From: Stramenopiles sp. TOSAG23-6
Taxonomy: Eukaryota
Direction: 5' to 3'
Length of the DNA: 54,940 bases
Assembly (NCBI GenBank): GCA_900128565.1
Contig: LT635920.1
Span: forward strand, 1-54,940
The notes below the pieces were generated by a model. That model did no database searches and had not been told where the DNA came from. It was given only the letters and a program-made list of their open reading frames with translations. Both the position numbers and the translations under genes were made by a program. This document shows, in pieces, positions 44,275 through 54,940 of the stretch (position 1 is the first letter of the stretch; each line of letters opens with the position of its first letter).

Positions 44275-45610
44275 TTACAATTGCTGTTGTCGTTTTTGAT
44301 AAGAATAATAAGCAGGTCTAATAGGAGCTTGGATTACTTCAAGAGGAGCATATTCATTACAACTGTTTTTTTCCTGTCCTTGTTTAGATTTCGTGTCTTT
44401 TTTCATATTTTCCTGTGAAGAACAAATATCCATTGTTTCACGACATGTACGCATGAGTGTATCAGCAGCAACTGTTGCATTTTCTCCCATTTTCATACTC
44501 AAATCATAAGACATATGTATTTTGTAAAAATATTTCAAAAAAAAAATCTGAAAAAAATTGTTAGGTACAAAATTTACTATGAAAAAAAAAATATAGATAA
44601 AAAATTGAAAAAAAATAAAAAACATACATCCGCATCAAAACCAGATAAATCTCCACAAGCAACAAATGGGGTAATAATTCGTTGCATTGACGATTCTTTT
44701 TCTAAATTTTTATAACTATGATCTAAAAGAGGATTTAACATTGTTGGAATGTAACCAATCGGAGGATTATAGCGACGACATACAACAAAAGCTTCAATAG
44801 AAGAATTACGGCTACCTATTTTGTGAAAAAATATTTCAAAAAAAAAATCGTTTTTCTTTAAGTACAAAATTTCGTACGAAAAAAACTAAATTCGAAATTG
44901 GAAAAAAAATAAAACATACTTTTTGGTTTACAACAAATTACCTCTTCGAAATATACTTTAAGCTGAGAATATAAAAGACAAACATCTTTACCTCGAAATA
45001 TTTTTGCTACAAAAGTACCACCGGGTCGTAAAAGATTGGTAGTAATATTTAACGCAGCCAAAAGAAGTTGTGCCTGAACATATTCATCAAGGTCATGCAA
45101 ACCTGTCACATCAGGTGCTCCATCACATATCACAAGATCCGCTTTTTCCCCTTTAAATTGAGAAATTATATTTGTAGCAGTTTCATGAGATGTTATATCA
45201 CCTTGCATATGTACAACACCTTCTATTGGAGTCATTTCCTGTAAGTCTACAGCAACAATACGCGCAGCGCCATTTTTATCAAATTTTCGTGTATTTTTAC
45301 AAATTGGAGAAACACTATCCCCAGGAGTTTTACAAATTGGAGAAACACTATCCCCAGGAGACGTTTCACTAGGACTCTTTTTATCATTAGTTTTTTCTAT
45401 TGATTGTTGGAGTGTCTTTAGAATACGCCTACTACAAACTTGACTCCAACTACCGGGTGCTGCACATAAGTCAACTACTCGTTCCACACCCGTAAAAATA
45501 TCAAGTTGTTCATCAATTTGTAGTAGTTTAAAAGCTGATCTAGCTCGAAAACCAACCTCCTTGGCTTTGCGATAATATATGTCGCGTTTATCTTTGGACG
45601 TGCGACCCAT
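44275..45610 (-). CDS. FTSJ1: tRNA 2'-O-methyltransferase TRM7/FTSJ1; exons 45610-44920, 44815-44628, 44514-44275
   Basis: [71 protein letters not shown]. Confidence 0.95.
44515..44627 (-). other. Family-1 intron, 113 nt, GTATG...AATACAT (an in-frame upstream CAG alternative exists)
   Basis: Removal gives GFDAD-MSYDL. The CAG option inserts [11 protein letters not shown], which is the conserved tail of the repeat family. Confidence 0.7.
44816..44919 (-). other. Family-1 intron, 104 nt, canonical GT-AG
   Basis: GTATG...CACAAAATAG; removal restores KPKSSRNSS. Confidence 0.92.
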
Positions 45611-45949
45611 TTGTTATAATGAATGTTGTATTTCGTCAAATATTCCAAGACTTTACAATAAGACTTGTGACAATAGACAACTGTTTACACGGTTAAAATG
45701 GGTAGTACTGCCTTGGCCTGACAGAATAATTTTTTTCATGCGCTGACTAGGCGTTACCGGGTTTCCTCTCCTTCGAATAAAATTCACTCGAGCGTCGTCG
45801 TCCTTACCGATTTTTCGTATGCTNGGAGGAAAGCAAATTTGTAGTCACAATACTTTGTACCCATTTGATATTATTTCGCATCTATTGAATTATATCAAAA
45901 TGTCATTAGTATAGATAGATATATTGTTTATAAAGTATCGTATTGAATC

Positions 45950-48900
45950 ATGTCAGCAGCTCAGAGTAGCGTCTCGCAGTGGTGTTCGGACGAGTTGCAT
46001 GGGTTGTTAGGTTTTACATCTGCCACAATGACGGAATATGTTCTAGCTTTAGGTCGCACTTCGAAGAGCCATGAAGAATTTTGTAAAAAGTTGGTTGATG
46101 CAGGTGTTAATGATATCAATAAAGCAAATGCATTTGCAGAAAGGTTGCTCGCGCGAGTACCAAGAAAAAAGTCAGTGAATGCTTCAGTGTCAAAGTCAAC
46201 GTCCAGGTCTGTAAGCAACGCAGCAGAACTTGAACGGTCAAGCAAATACTCTTTAGTTCTTAGCAGTGAAGACGAATCTACACATCAGTTTGATTCGGTA
46301 CGTCGAAAAAAAAAGTCGAAAGTAAAATCAAAGAGTAGTAAAAGTAGCAAACGAAAAAAAGAAAAAGTTCAAAATGACGGACAGGAATTTGACTCTAAAA
46401 GTATTTCCAAAAAGAAACGAAAGCGTCGTAAAAAGTTTAGACAAAAAGATGTCGATAATAGTTCCTCTGGAGATGAGGTTTCAATCAATCGAAGACAACG
46501 AATTATGGAGACACTTCCCGTGGAAGAGGAGACTGAGGAAGCTAGAGACCAACGTGAGAGACAAGAATTTGAGGAACGTCTCCGAGCTCGTGATGTTTCT
46601 AAAACTCGTCATTTGGCTGACAAAACTGACTATGAAAATGATCAGATGAAAACGAATAAACCTTCTGATAAAGCGAATTCTACGCGTGATGGTATGACGC
46701 AATCTGAGCAAAGACGAAATTTAAAACGACTTCGTGAATTAGCTCGTCGAAAATATTTGGGAGAACGTGAAAAAAAACAACTCGATTTACTTGAATTTCA
46801 AGTTAAAGATGAAGATTTTCTTTTTTCTGGTCAAAAGCTTACAAAGAAGGAACTTGAATTACATNAAAAAAATAAGCAACTTTTAGACATTGCGACGAAT
46901 CGAATCAAAAAGATAGGACCAGTGAATGATGATTATCATATACCTGGTAATGAGTCAGACAATGATAATAAACAAGATATGAAGAGTAAAGAAGCACTAT
47001 TAGAAGCACGTTATGTCGAACCTACATACACTGAAGTAAAATCAATTCAACAAACATGGGAAGAGGATCGTGCTAAAGGTGCATCTTTTACATTTGGTAG
47101 TAAATCAAAAATATCAAAAGAAAACAAATATGAATTTGTGATTGATGATTCGATTGATTTTATTTCTGGTACAACAGCAAACAATAATAAGAACACAATT
47201 AAACCAGGTAGTAAAGAAGACCTTGAAAATCAAAAACAAATGAAAAAGAAAAAGTCAATGGCTCTTTCAGAAGTTAGAAAAACTTTACCTATTTATGGTT
47301 ATCGCAATGAGTTGCTTGATACAATAAAAAATAATCAAATAGTCATTGTTGTTGGTGAAACTGGTTCAGGAAAAACAACACAAATCCCTCAATATTTACA
47401 CGAAGCTGGTTATACAAAAAAAGGTACGAAAGAAAAAGCTGCTATCAAAGTTGGTTGCACACAACCTCGGCGTGTAGCTGCGATGAGTGTAGCTGCACGT
47501 GTTGCACAAGAAGTTGGAGTTAAAATAGGAAATGAAGTAGGATATTCGATTCGTTTTGAAGATTGTACATCACCAAAAACTATTTTAAAATATATGACTG
47601 ATGGTATGTTACTTCGTGAGTTTTTGACATCACCAGATTTAGAAACGTATTCCGCAATTATGGTAGATGAAGCACATGAACGAACTTTACATACTGATGT
47701 TTTATTTGGTCTTGTTAAGGATATTGCAAGATTTCGTGAAGATATTCGACTTGTTATCTCATCGGCTACAATGGATGCTGAAAAGTTTTCAGAATATTTT
47801 GATGATGCTCCAATTTTTGTCATTCCTGGTCGAATGTATCCAATTGATACGTTATATTGCAAAGCTCCTGAAGCTGATTATATTGATGCAGCTGTAGTTA
47901 CTGCATTACAAGCTCATATATCACAACCAGTACCGGGAGACATTTTAATATTCATGACGGGTCAATTGGAAATTGAAACTGCTGAACAAATGTTACGTGC
48001 AAGAACAGAGGCACTTGGATCTAAAATACGCGAATTGATAATTTGTCCAATATATGCTTCTTTACCCTCAGAGAAGCAAGCTTTAGTATTTCAGCCAGCG
48101 CCACCTGAGGGACGTAAAGTTGTATTAGCTACAAATATTGCAGAAACTTCGTTGACAATTGATGGAGTCACTTTTGTAATTGATACTGGATTTTGTAAAC
48201 AGAATAGTTATAACCCTCGAACTGGAATGGAATCTTTATTAGTTACGCCAATTTCAAAAGCTGCAGCGAATCAACGATCAGGTCGTGCAGGAAGAACTGG
48301 ACCGGGAACATGTTTTCGTTTATTTACTGCTTGGAGTTATAAGCATGAATTAGAGGATAATACAGTACCAGAAATTCAACGAACAAATTTATCTTCTGTA
48401 GTTCTTATGCTTAAATCTTTAGGGATAAATGATCTTATGAATTTTGATTTCATGGATCCTCCTCCTGCTGAAACATTAATGATGGCATTTGAAAGTTTGT
48501 ATGCATTAGGCGCGATCAATTCTAAAGGTGAACTTACAAAAATGGGACGGAGAATGGCAGAGTTTCCATGTGCCCCACAACTATCTAAAATGATATTAGC
48601 CTCTGAAAAATTTGGATGTGTTGAAGAAATTCTAACAATATGTGCAATGCTTGATGTGAATAATTCAATATTTTTAAGACCAAAAGAAAAAAAAGTTCAT
48701 GCTGATAATGCTCGGATGGCGTTTGCACGTGGTAATCATGGTGATCATATTGCATTATTGAGAGTATATCAAGGATGGGAAGAGTCTGGATTTTCACGTC
48801 CATGGTGTTTTGAAAATTATGTTCAAGAAAAAACAATGAAAAGAGCGCGCGATATTAGAGAACAATTATTAGGTTTATGTAGTCGTGTTGAAATAGAAGT

Positions 48901-49252
48901 TGTTGGTAATTCAAAGGAAGGTATGGATGATATTTTAAAAGCTATAACAGCTGGGTTTTTTTATCATACTGCAAAATTACAAAAATCGGGTTCATATAGG
49001 ACTGTCAAACATGGACATTCTGTGAATATACATCCATCATCTTCGTTTTTTAAACAAGAAACTTTACCTACATGGTTACTTTACCATGAACTCGTATTTA
49101 CTACAAAAGAATTTATGAGACAAGTTATTCAAATAAAATCTGATTGGCTAGTTGAACTTGCACCACATTATTACAAACCTAAAGATTTGGAAGATCCAGG
49201 CAAAAAGAAAATGCCTAAAAATAAAGGTCGTGTAGCTGAAGCATTTAAATAA
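45950..49252 (+). CDS. DHX16: Spliceosomal DEAH-box helicase Prp2/DHX16
   Basis: N-terminal PWI-like [58 protein letters not shown]. Confidence 0.93.
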   Translation: MSAAQSSVSQWCSDELHGLLGFTSATMTEYVLALGRTSKSHEEFCKKLVDAGVNDINKANAFAERLLARVPRKKSVNASVSKSTSRSVSNAAELERSSKYSLVLSSEDESTHQFDSVRRKKKSKVKSKSSKSSKRKKEKVQNDGQEFDSKSISKKKRKRRKKFRQKDVDNSSSGDEVSINRRQRIMETLPVEEETEEARDQRERQEFEERLRARDVSKTRHLADKTDYENDQMKTNKPSDKANSTRDGMTQSEQRRNLKRLRELARRKYLGEREKKQLDLLEFQVKDEDFLFSGQKLTKKELELHXKNKQLLDIATNRIKKIGPVNDDYHIPGNESDNDNKQDMKSKEALLEARYVEPTYTEVKSIQQTWEEDRAKGASFTFGSKSKISKENKYEFVIDDSIDFISGTTANNNKNTIKPGSKEDLENQKQMKKKKSMALSEVRKTLPIYGYRNELLDTIKNNQIVIVVGETGSGKTTQIPQYLHEAGYTKKGTKEKAAIKVGCTQPRRVAAMSVAARVAQEVGVKIGNEVGYSIRFEDCTSPKTILKYMTDGMLLREFLTSPDLETYSAIMVDEAHERTLHTDVLFGLVKDIARFREDIRLVISSATMDAEKFSEYFDDAPIFVIPGRMYPIDTLYCKAPEADYIDAAVVTALQAHISQPVPGDILIFMTGQLEIETAEQMLRARTEALGSKIRELIICPIYASLPSEKQALVFQPAPPEGRKVVLATNIAETSLTIDGVTFVIDTGFCKQNSYNPRTGMESLLVTPISKAAANQRSGRAGRTGPGTCFRLFTAWSYKHELEDNTVPEIQRTNLSSVVLMLKSLGINDLMNFDFMDPPPAETLMMAFESLYALGAINSKGELTKMGRRMAEFPCAPQLSKMILASEKFGCVEEILTICAMLDVNNSIFLRPKEKKVHADNARMAFARGNHGDHIALLRVYQGWEESGFSRPWCFENYVQEKTMKRARDIREQLLGLCSRVEIEVVGNSKEGMDDILKAITAGFFYHTAKLQKSGSYRTVKHGHSVNIHPSSSFFKQETLPTWLLYHELVFTTKEFMRQVIQIKSDWLVELAPHYYKPKDLEDPGKKKMPKNKGRVAEAFK

Positions 49253-49402
49253 AATAAAATTAATCATGAAAATTATTCGATTTATTTCGATTTCGGAGGT
49301 TTTTTGTAAACGTCGGAGGAGGTAATATTTCTACTAGTGCCATTTTGTTGTCGGTAATGTGTCTCGAGGAAGTGTTCCAAAAAACTACATGTTGAATCTT
49401 AC

Positions 49403-50542
49403 ATGCACAAATATACACCCAACCAATCGTATAACTGGATCCGTTTAATATTTATAACACGTACAATGGCATCTACAACATGCGCTTCTAATTATCACTC
49501 TGTAGGTGAAGATGGTAGTCTTTATCGTCACGATGGCGTTCGTATTGTACACGATCCATTTTCTCCAGATATGGCTGCAAAGTATGGTGCTCCTGGAAAG
49601 ACAGACAGTGACGGATTTAATCCATACGCAGATGCAGTTGGGGCTGGTATTTATGGCGGAACAGTTCAAAGATCGGCTAATGGAGCTATTGTCATTGGTC
49701 GACAGTACCAAAATCATAATCCTCGACCAGGTCCAGTCTACTCTAATGGTGGATATTCTCCAATTTCTATCGCACTGCAGTCTTTCCACTCCAAATCATC
49801 TCATCTCAAAGCGTTACTTGAGAAATATCCTGACTTAGTAAATGATACAAGTACAGGGGGTGCACTACCACTCCATAATTGTGGGATGAGCCAGAGAAAT
49901 CAATTGGCAACAAGTTTCATAGTTAGTCACGGCGGTGACATTGAAGCTGTCGACACTTATGGTTTTACACCATTACATCGGATGGCATCTAATAATCTTC
50001 CTATTGGTACCAAAGCACTGTTAGATGCAGGAGCATCACCCATTGGATTACCTGGATTAAATACACCAACACCTTTACAGATTGCGCGTGAGTCAAGAGC
50101 TGAAGCGGTGATTTCTATCTTGGAAACTTTTGGTAACAAACGAAAGGTAGATAATACTACACTTGTATCATCAATAACTATTTTTACTGCATCATATCCA
50201 GCCATTATAGGTAAATACTCACGTCGTGATGGTCGTACTGAAATACCTAAAGGATTTGTTTCAGTCTGCCACGAAAACCAATGGAATCCTTCTACAACTT
50301 GGAAAAAGCTTAATGGTGGAGAAAACTTGACTTGGTTTGCTCATGAAGATAATGATTCCTATATTTATTTTAATAAGTCAGATGGTTGCTGGTGGATTGA
50401 TGGCCCTGATGGTCTTGGTGCGTATAAAGCAAAAGGTCCAGCATATGCACCTCCTTGTGGACAAATTCGATGGGATGGTTTGAAAGGAAATGAAACAAAT
50501 GTTGGCCCAGTCTTGGCTGTTTATCGGGGGATTGATGAGTAA
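49403..50542 (+). CDS. Ankyrin-repeat-containing protein (start may be 49466)
   Basis: GALPLH, DTYGFTPLHRMASNN...LLDAGA ankyrin motifs. Confidence 0.8.
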   Translation: MHKYTPNQSYNWIRLIFITRTMASTTCASNYHSVGEDGSLYRHDGVRIVHDPFSPDMAAKYGAPGKTDSDGFNPYADAVGAGIYGGTVQRSANGAIVIGRQYQNHNPRPGPVYSNGGYSPISIALQSFHSKSSHLKALLEKYPDLVNDTSTGGALPLHNCGMSQRNQLATSFIVSHGGDIEAVDTYGFTPLHRMASNNLPIGTKALLDAGASPIGLPGLNTPTPLQIARESRAEAVISILETFGNKRKVDNTTLVSSITIFTASYPAIIGKYSRRDGRTEIPKGFVSVCHENQWNPSTTWKKLNGGENLTWFAHEDNDSYIYFNKSDGCWWIDGPDGLGAYKAKGPAYAPPCGQIRWDGLKGNETNVGPVLAVYRGIDE

Positions 50543-50735
50543 ACATTTTTATTTTTATGCGGTTTGAATGGAAATGAAACAAATGTTGGCCTAGTCTTGG
50601 CTGTTTATGTTGGGATTGAGTACACATTTTTATTTTATGCGTTGTTTACCTACAACTTTGTGTTCCGGTTATTTTGTATAAAAAAGTTTATTTACAAAGG
50701 TACAATCTCTATGAATTGTTTTTCGGTTTCTATAT

Positions 50736-51235
50736 TTATAAAGGAACAATATCTATGAATTGTTTTTCGGTTTCTATTTCAAAGTCATAATAATTTTGAG
50801 ATTTTCCTTCATCAGTTGGAGTTATTTCCTTATCTATTTTAGGAAATTTTAATCTCACACATCGAAGGCATATATTTGGTGTATGTGGATCAATTCCTAT
50901 AGCATCATCCCAATTCAAAGCATTTGAACCTTTAATGAATGGTATCCGATCAACTATTCTCTTGGAATATTTTGTCTTCGAATCTGAATTTTTTTCTAAA
51001 TATTTTTTCTGACTTTTAGACTGATTTTCTAACAAGTTAAAATAATTCTGCCGTTTAATCATCATAGCATTTAAACTATTATACATTACATCACCAACAA
51101 GTGGATAACCACGATGAGCTAGTTGTGCTCTTATTTGATGTGTTCTACCTGTAATCAATGTTATATCAACTTCAGCTATTGTAGATAATTTTGTTTCTGC
51201 AATTGGAATTGTATTACAATCTGACTTATTATTAC

Positions 51236-51272
<37 letters not shown>

Positions 51273-52319
51273 TGAGTCATTTATACATCTATTTTTGAGT
51301 TTTTGTTTACAATACAAGTCATCTTGAATACATTTCATTGCGCTTGCTTTAGTAAATGATATCCATTTTGGATATTCGGACACATCATCACTGAATACAC
51401 GAATTCCAGTTATTTTCATAATACATTTTTGCCACTTTCCTAATTGATCTAACTTTGCCTTTTCTACAACATCACTTGAAGTATTACACATTATCTTTGG
51501 AGCCCTAGGAGTTTTCAACATATAGTCTGAAAAATAATGTTCACTATATTTCTGTTCTTTTTTATTATCATTATTCATTTCTATTTCATCATTTTGCAAT
51601 AGTTTTGTGAGTTTTGTCAAATTAGTATCACTTGAACAGTGTACTAGAGCTCTATATTCTTTGCAAACTTTACCAGCTTCGACTAATTTATTAAATTGGC
51701 GTTGAAATTCTTTAGATTTTGCATAGACTAACAATCCTTGTGTTGGAACATCAAGCCGTGTTGTTGGTAAAATAGCGTTTCCATTATGACAACTGACACC
51801 CAAAGAAATAAAAAGCTGCTGGGGTACATTTTCAATAAAATTATCAACACTCGGAACGCTCGGCACTCCAGCAGGTTTATCAACTACAACAAAGTTCTCG
51901 TTATTGTAAACAATTCTTTCTGACCATTTTGTGGACAACGCAGATAAAAAACGCTTCGGTTTCGAATGAACTCGGAGATATCCTCCACTATGTAAGATTG
52001 TCGAACGACCATTATCTCCAAGTAAACGACGAAGTAATATTTTAGGTGCATCTGGACCCTTCGGATTATAGTAAACAGCTCCCAAATCGAAAATATTGTC
52101 AATATCTTGGTTAGGCATACTACATAAAATGCTCTTCACTACTTCATGGGCAGTTTTACCCGTAGAGTCCACGCAAGCATTACTACCAAGAATAACGTGG
52201 CATTGACGACCTGACCACGTCACATCCATATCAGAAGTAGTAGAGATACTTCGAATAATATGTTTACCTGCTGAACAGAAAAATTCCACTTGCTTTGCTT
52301 TTCTCAAAACATGAAACAT
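50736..52319 (-). CDS. RluA-family RNA pseudouridine synthase, probably organelle-targeted
   Basis: VVVDKPAG, RLD..T.GL, ITGRTHQIRAQLA..GYPLVGD.MY. Confidence 0.9.
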
Positions 52320-52896
52320 GTATGAGTTGAGTATTTTACGAACGTAGTAAGGAAGAAATTTTAGAAAATGATCGAACTATCTATCTCTAATCTACTCTCA
52401 GATCAGCTGCTGAACTCAAAAACACGAAATCTAACATTCCAAATTGTTGAATTGGAAAAACAACATTCCTTTGAAAGATACGCGAAAAAGATACGTATCC
52501 ACCACCACCAGAAAAGCATATCTACTATTTCCAAAGGCTTTTGCTTACTTTAAAAGAAAACTATTTCAAATAAGAAACAAATATAATCGACATATAGTAG
52601 AAGTTTATCACATTTAAATGGTTCAAACCTATCTTGTTTCACTCGAAAGATTCCACGAGTAAGACAACGAGTAAGATCTTTTTTGTTGTTGTAAAGTTTT
52701 ACTCCGTTACGGTTTTTTTTGTGTAGATATTATATAGTCAACAAACTACTTTTTAACAATAGATGGAATATAAAGATTAGCATATATGACTTATAAGTAA
52801 TATAGTAACAAGAGTGTGAAAAATATAGTTATAGAGAAATTTTTACTCAGTCGTGAAAGCGTACAATATAACTTTTGAAACTACATTCAAACAATA

Positions 52897-54184
52897 ATGT
52901 CTGGAAATAAAACAAACTCTACAACAAAATCAACATCTTTTCGTCCTATAGCATCGAGTGTTTCTAAATCATCTCCAGAAAAATATTTTGCAGGATTTAG
53001 TGGTCAATGTCGTAATGTGAAAAATACTATTGTCACAACTCCATTTCTAACATCGACAGCATGTAAAAAAATAATAACAATGTGTGAAGAATTTGCAATT
53101 TCAAAAAGTGGTTGGTCTAGAGATCACTCTTCCATATATACACAATCTACTACTGATCTAGAAGTTGTATCAATTCCTTCACTTCGTAAATGGTTTTTAA
53201 AAACTGATTTTATGAATGAATTACAATCTTTTTATGACGAAGCATGTACGTTTTATTTTTTTTCAATTTGAATTTTTTTTTCGTACGAAATTTTGTACCT
53301 AACAAATTTTAGTTTTTTTTTTTGAATTATTTTCCAAAATACATATGGAGAACAAATTTATTTTATGGATGATTTTTTTGTAGTAAAATACTCAACAGAA
53401 ATTGGTGGACAGCGTTCCTTACCCATTCACAAAGACGCTGGAAATATTAGCTTTATGATAGCATTAAGTGATCGTTCCGAATATAGTGGAGGTACGTTAT
53501 TGTTTCAACCCTAACCCTAACCCTAATTTTTTCAACAATATTTTTTGTATCAAAGAGTTATTTCTAATTTCTAATTATTTTTCAACACATTTTTTTTTTC
53601 GTACAGGCGGTACATATTTTGAAAGTACAGATAAAATATTACATCTTGAGCAAGGAGAATTAGTATCTTTTGGAGCTAATTTGATGCATCGTGGGGAAAA
53701 TATTGAAAACGGTACCAGGTATCTTTTAGTAGGATTTTGTCATACAAAAAAAGATTATACACCAATGTCAGGAGATATAGATCCATCAAAATTACAAGTA
53801 GTTCCGGGAAATAGACTTTCTCTTCCTAGTTGTGCTTTTAAAGCATCTGAAGTGTTAGCAAAAGCAAATCAGAGTAAGAATAAAAATGTACACATTGAAC
53901 AAAATATCAAACATATAAATCCTATACTCGATCATGAAAATGAAACCGATGAAACATTTAGTTTTCATACACCAAATATGAAATGCTTCTTAGGTGAACA
54001 TCCAGGAGTATATAGCTCAAAATGTCTTAGCAATGTGTATAAAGAACAAAAACGATTACGAAAGCGACACCAAGCAATAATAAGTAATAAAAGGGCGCGT
54101 TTATCGCCTAGAATTGATGTCGACGAACGGTATCAAAAGAAGAAAAAAAGGAAAAAATCACACAAAAGACATTTTCAAAAATAA
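52897..54184 (+). CDS. 2OG-Fe(II) oxygenase (PLOD/prolyl-hydroxylase-like); exons 52897-53245, 53345-53491, 53607-54184
   Basis: Spliced product contains TTDLEV, DFFVVKY...QRSLPIHKD...F.IAL...YSGGGTYF, HRGE.I..GTRYLLVGF. The middle exon is missing from the ORF track. Confidence 0.85.
53246..53344 (+). other. Family-1 intron, 99 nt, non-AG end (GTACG...AAAATACAT)
   Basis: Contains an in-frame TGA. The internal AG (53312) is out of frame and the next AG (53350) would create TAA. Confidence 0.85.
53492..53606 (+). other. Canonical GT-AG intron containing (CCCTAA)3
   Basis: GTACG...GTACAG; removal restores YSGGGTYF. Confidence 0.88.
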
Positions 54185-54437
54185 ATTATATTTTTCTGTT
54201 CGTTTCTGTTTTTGTGTATTCACAAAGTTGTATTTATTTTTTTATACATGTGTATTCGCTGTGTTCTAGCACTAGTAGCTAGGGTTAGGGTTGATTGACT
54301 GGTCATATATATATATGGCCAAAAAACACGACGACGACGTCTCAAAAAAAATCTCAATCCTCGGGACACTCAAAAAATACTACTTTCATCCATACACTTT
54401 TTTTTGAAATAGAACAATAACTATAACACATTATAGA

Positions 54438-54887
54438 ATGTCTCTCGGTCCTCGATCTGTGGGTCGTCTTTTAGAGCGGGGTACTACAAAGCTATTTGTC
54501 TGTGATATGCAGGAACGCTTTCGGTCTCTCATTCTTGATATGCCGAAAGTGATCTCTTCAACGAAGTTGCTTGTTGAAACTGCAAATTTATTGAACATTC
54601 AATGTGTTGTAACAGAACAATACCCCAAAGCTTTAAAACACACTATTGACGAGCTTAAAAGTGTATTGGATGCTTCTGCATTAGTTGTAGAAAAGAAAAA
54701 ATTCTCAATGATGACTTCTGATGTCGAAAATGCTTTATGTCCACCTGGAGAAAAAGAAACTACATCTGTTATTCTTTGTGGTATCGAAGCACATGTATGT
54801 ATCTTACAAACAACATTAGATCTACTTGATCGTGGTATTGACGTTCATATCGTTACAGATGCTGTTTCAAGTCAACGGGAAGAGGAT
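54438..54887 (+). CDS. Isochorismatase-domain protein (ISOC1/2-like), first exon; gene runs off the window
   Basis: FVCDMQERFR, TEQYPKAL, KKKFSM, LCGIEAHVCILQTTLDLL, HIVTDAVSS; not in the ORF track. Confidence 0.9.
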
Positions 54888-54940
54888 GTATGTTTTATTT
54901 TTTTTCAAATTCCAATTTTTTTTCGTACGAAATTTTGTAC
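54888..54940 (+). other. Family-1 intron, truncated by the window end
   Basis: GAT|GTATGTTTTATTTTTTTTCAA...TTTCGTACGAAATTTTGTAC. Confidence 0.85.

Noticed and set aside
45950-49252. DHX16/Prp2 as a locally encoded cause of the odd introns
   Set aside because: Its motifs look standard and proximity is probably coincidental.
51229-51271. (TTA)n tract as an independent element
   Set aside because: It encodes a poly-Asn insert within the RluA-like ORF.
10654-54184. Alternative genetic code
   Set aside because: Long conserved ORFs translate normally with the standard code, and TAA, TAG and TGA all appear as stops.

Overview
AT-rich, gene-dense eukaryotic DNA, probably from a flagellated protist (a stramenopile is my guess from the gene content). 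0-10 kb is repeat-rich: a frameshifted PT/A mucin-like gene, a decayed paralog fragment, satellites, and a secreted WSC-domain gene broken into more than 20 micro-exons by copies of one ~90-nt intervening sequence. 10.6-38.7 kb holds eight intronless genes in head-to-head pairs: SAP-LRR, ARL13-like, MCM7, TPR-formin, multi-TOG, EF/IQ/WW/B-box, MAPKKK and a mitochondrial carrier. 39-55 kb holds creatinase, an unknown glycine-zipper protein, DUF268, TRM7/FTSJ1, DHX16/Prp2, an ankyrin protein, an RluA-like synthase, a 2OG-Fe(II) oxygenase and an isochorismatase. Main finding: conserved genes are interrupted by ~100-nt repeated, introner-like introns. Several cannot be removed with an AG acceptor and are bounded by an AT direct repeat (AT|GTAYG...ACAT|, readable as GT-AT or AT-AC), while sister copies use GT-AG. 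All splice models are inferred from reading frame and remembered protein motifs; there is no transcript evidence.
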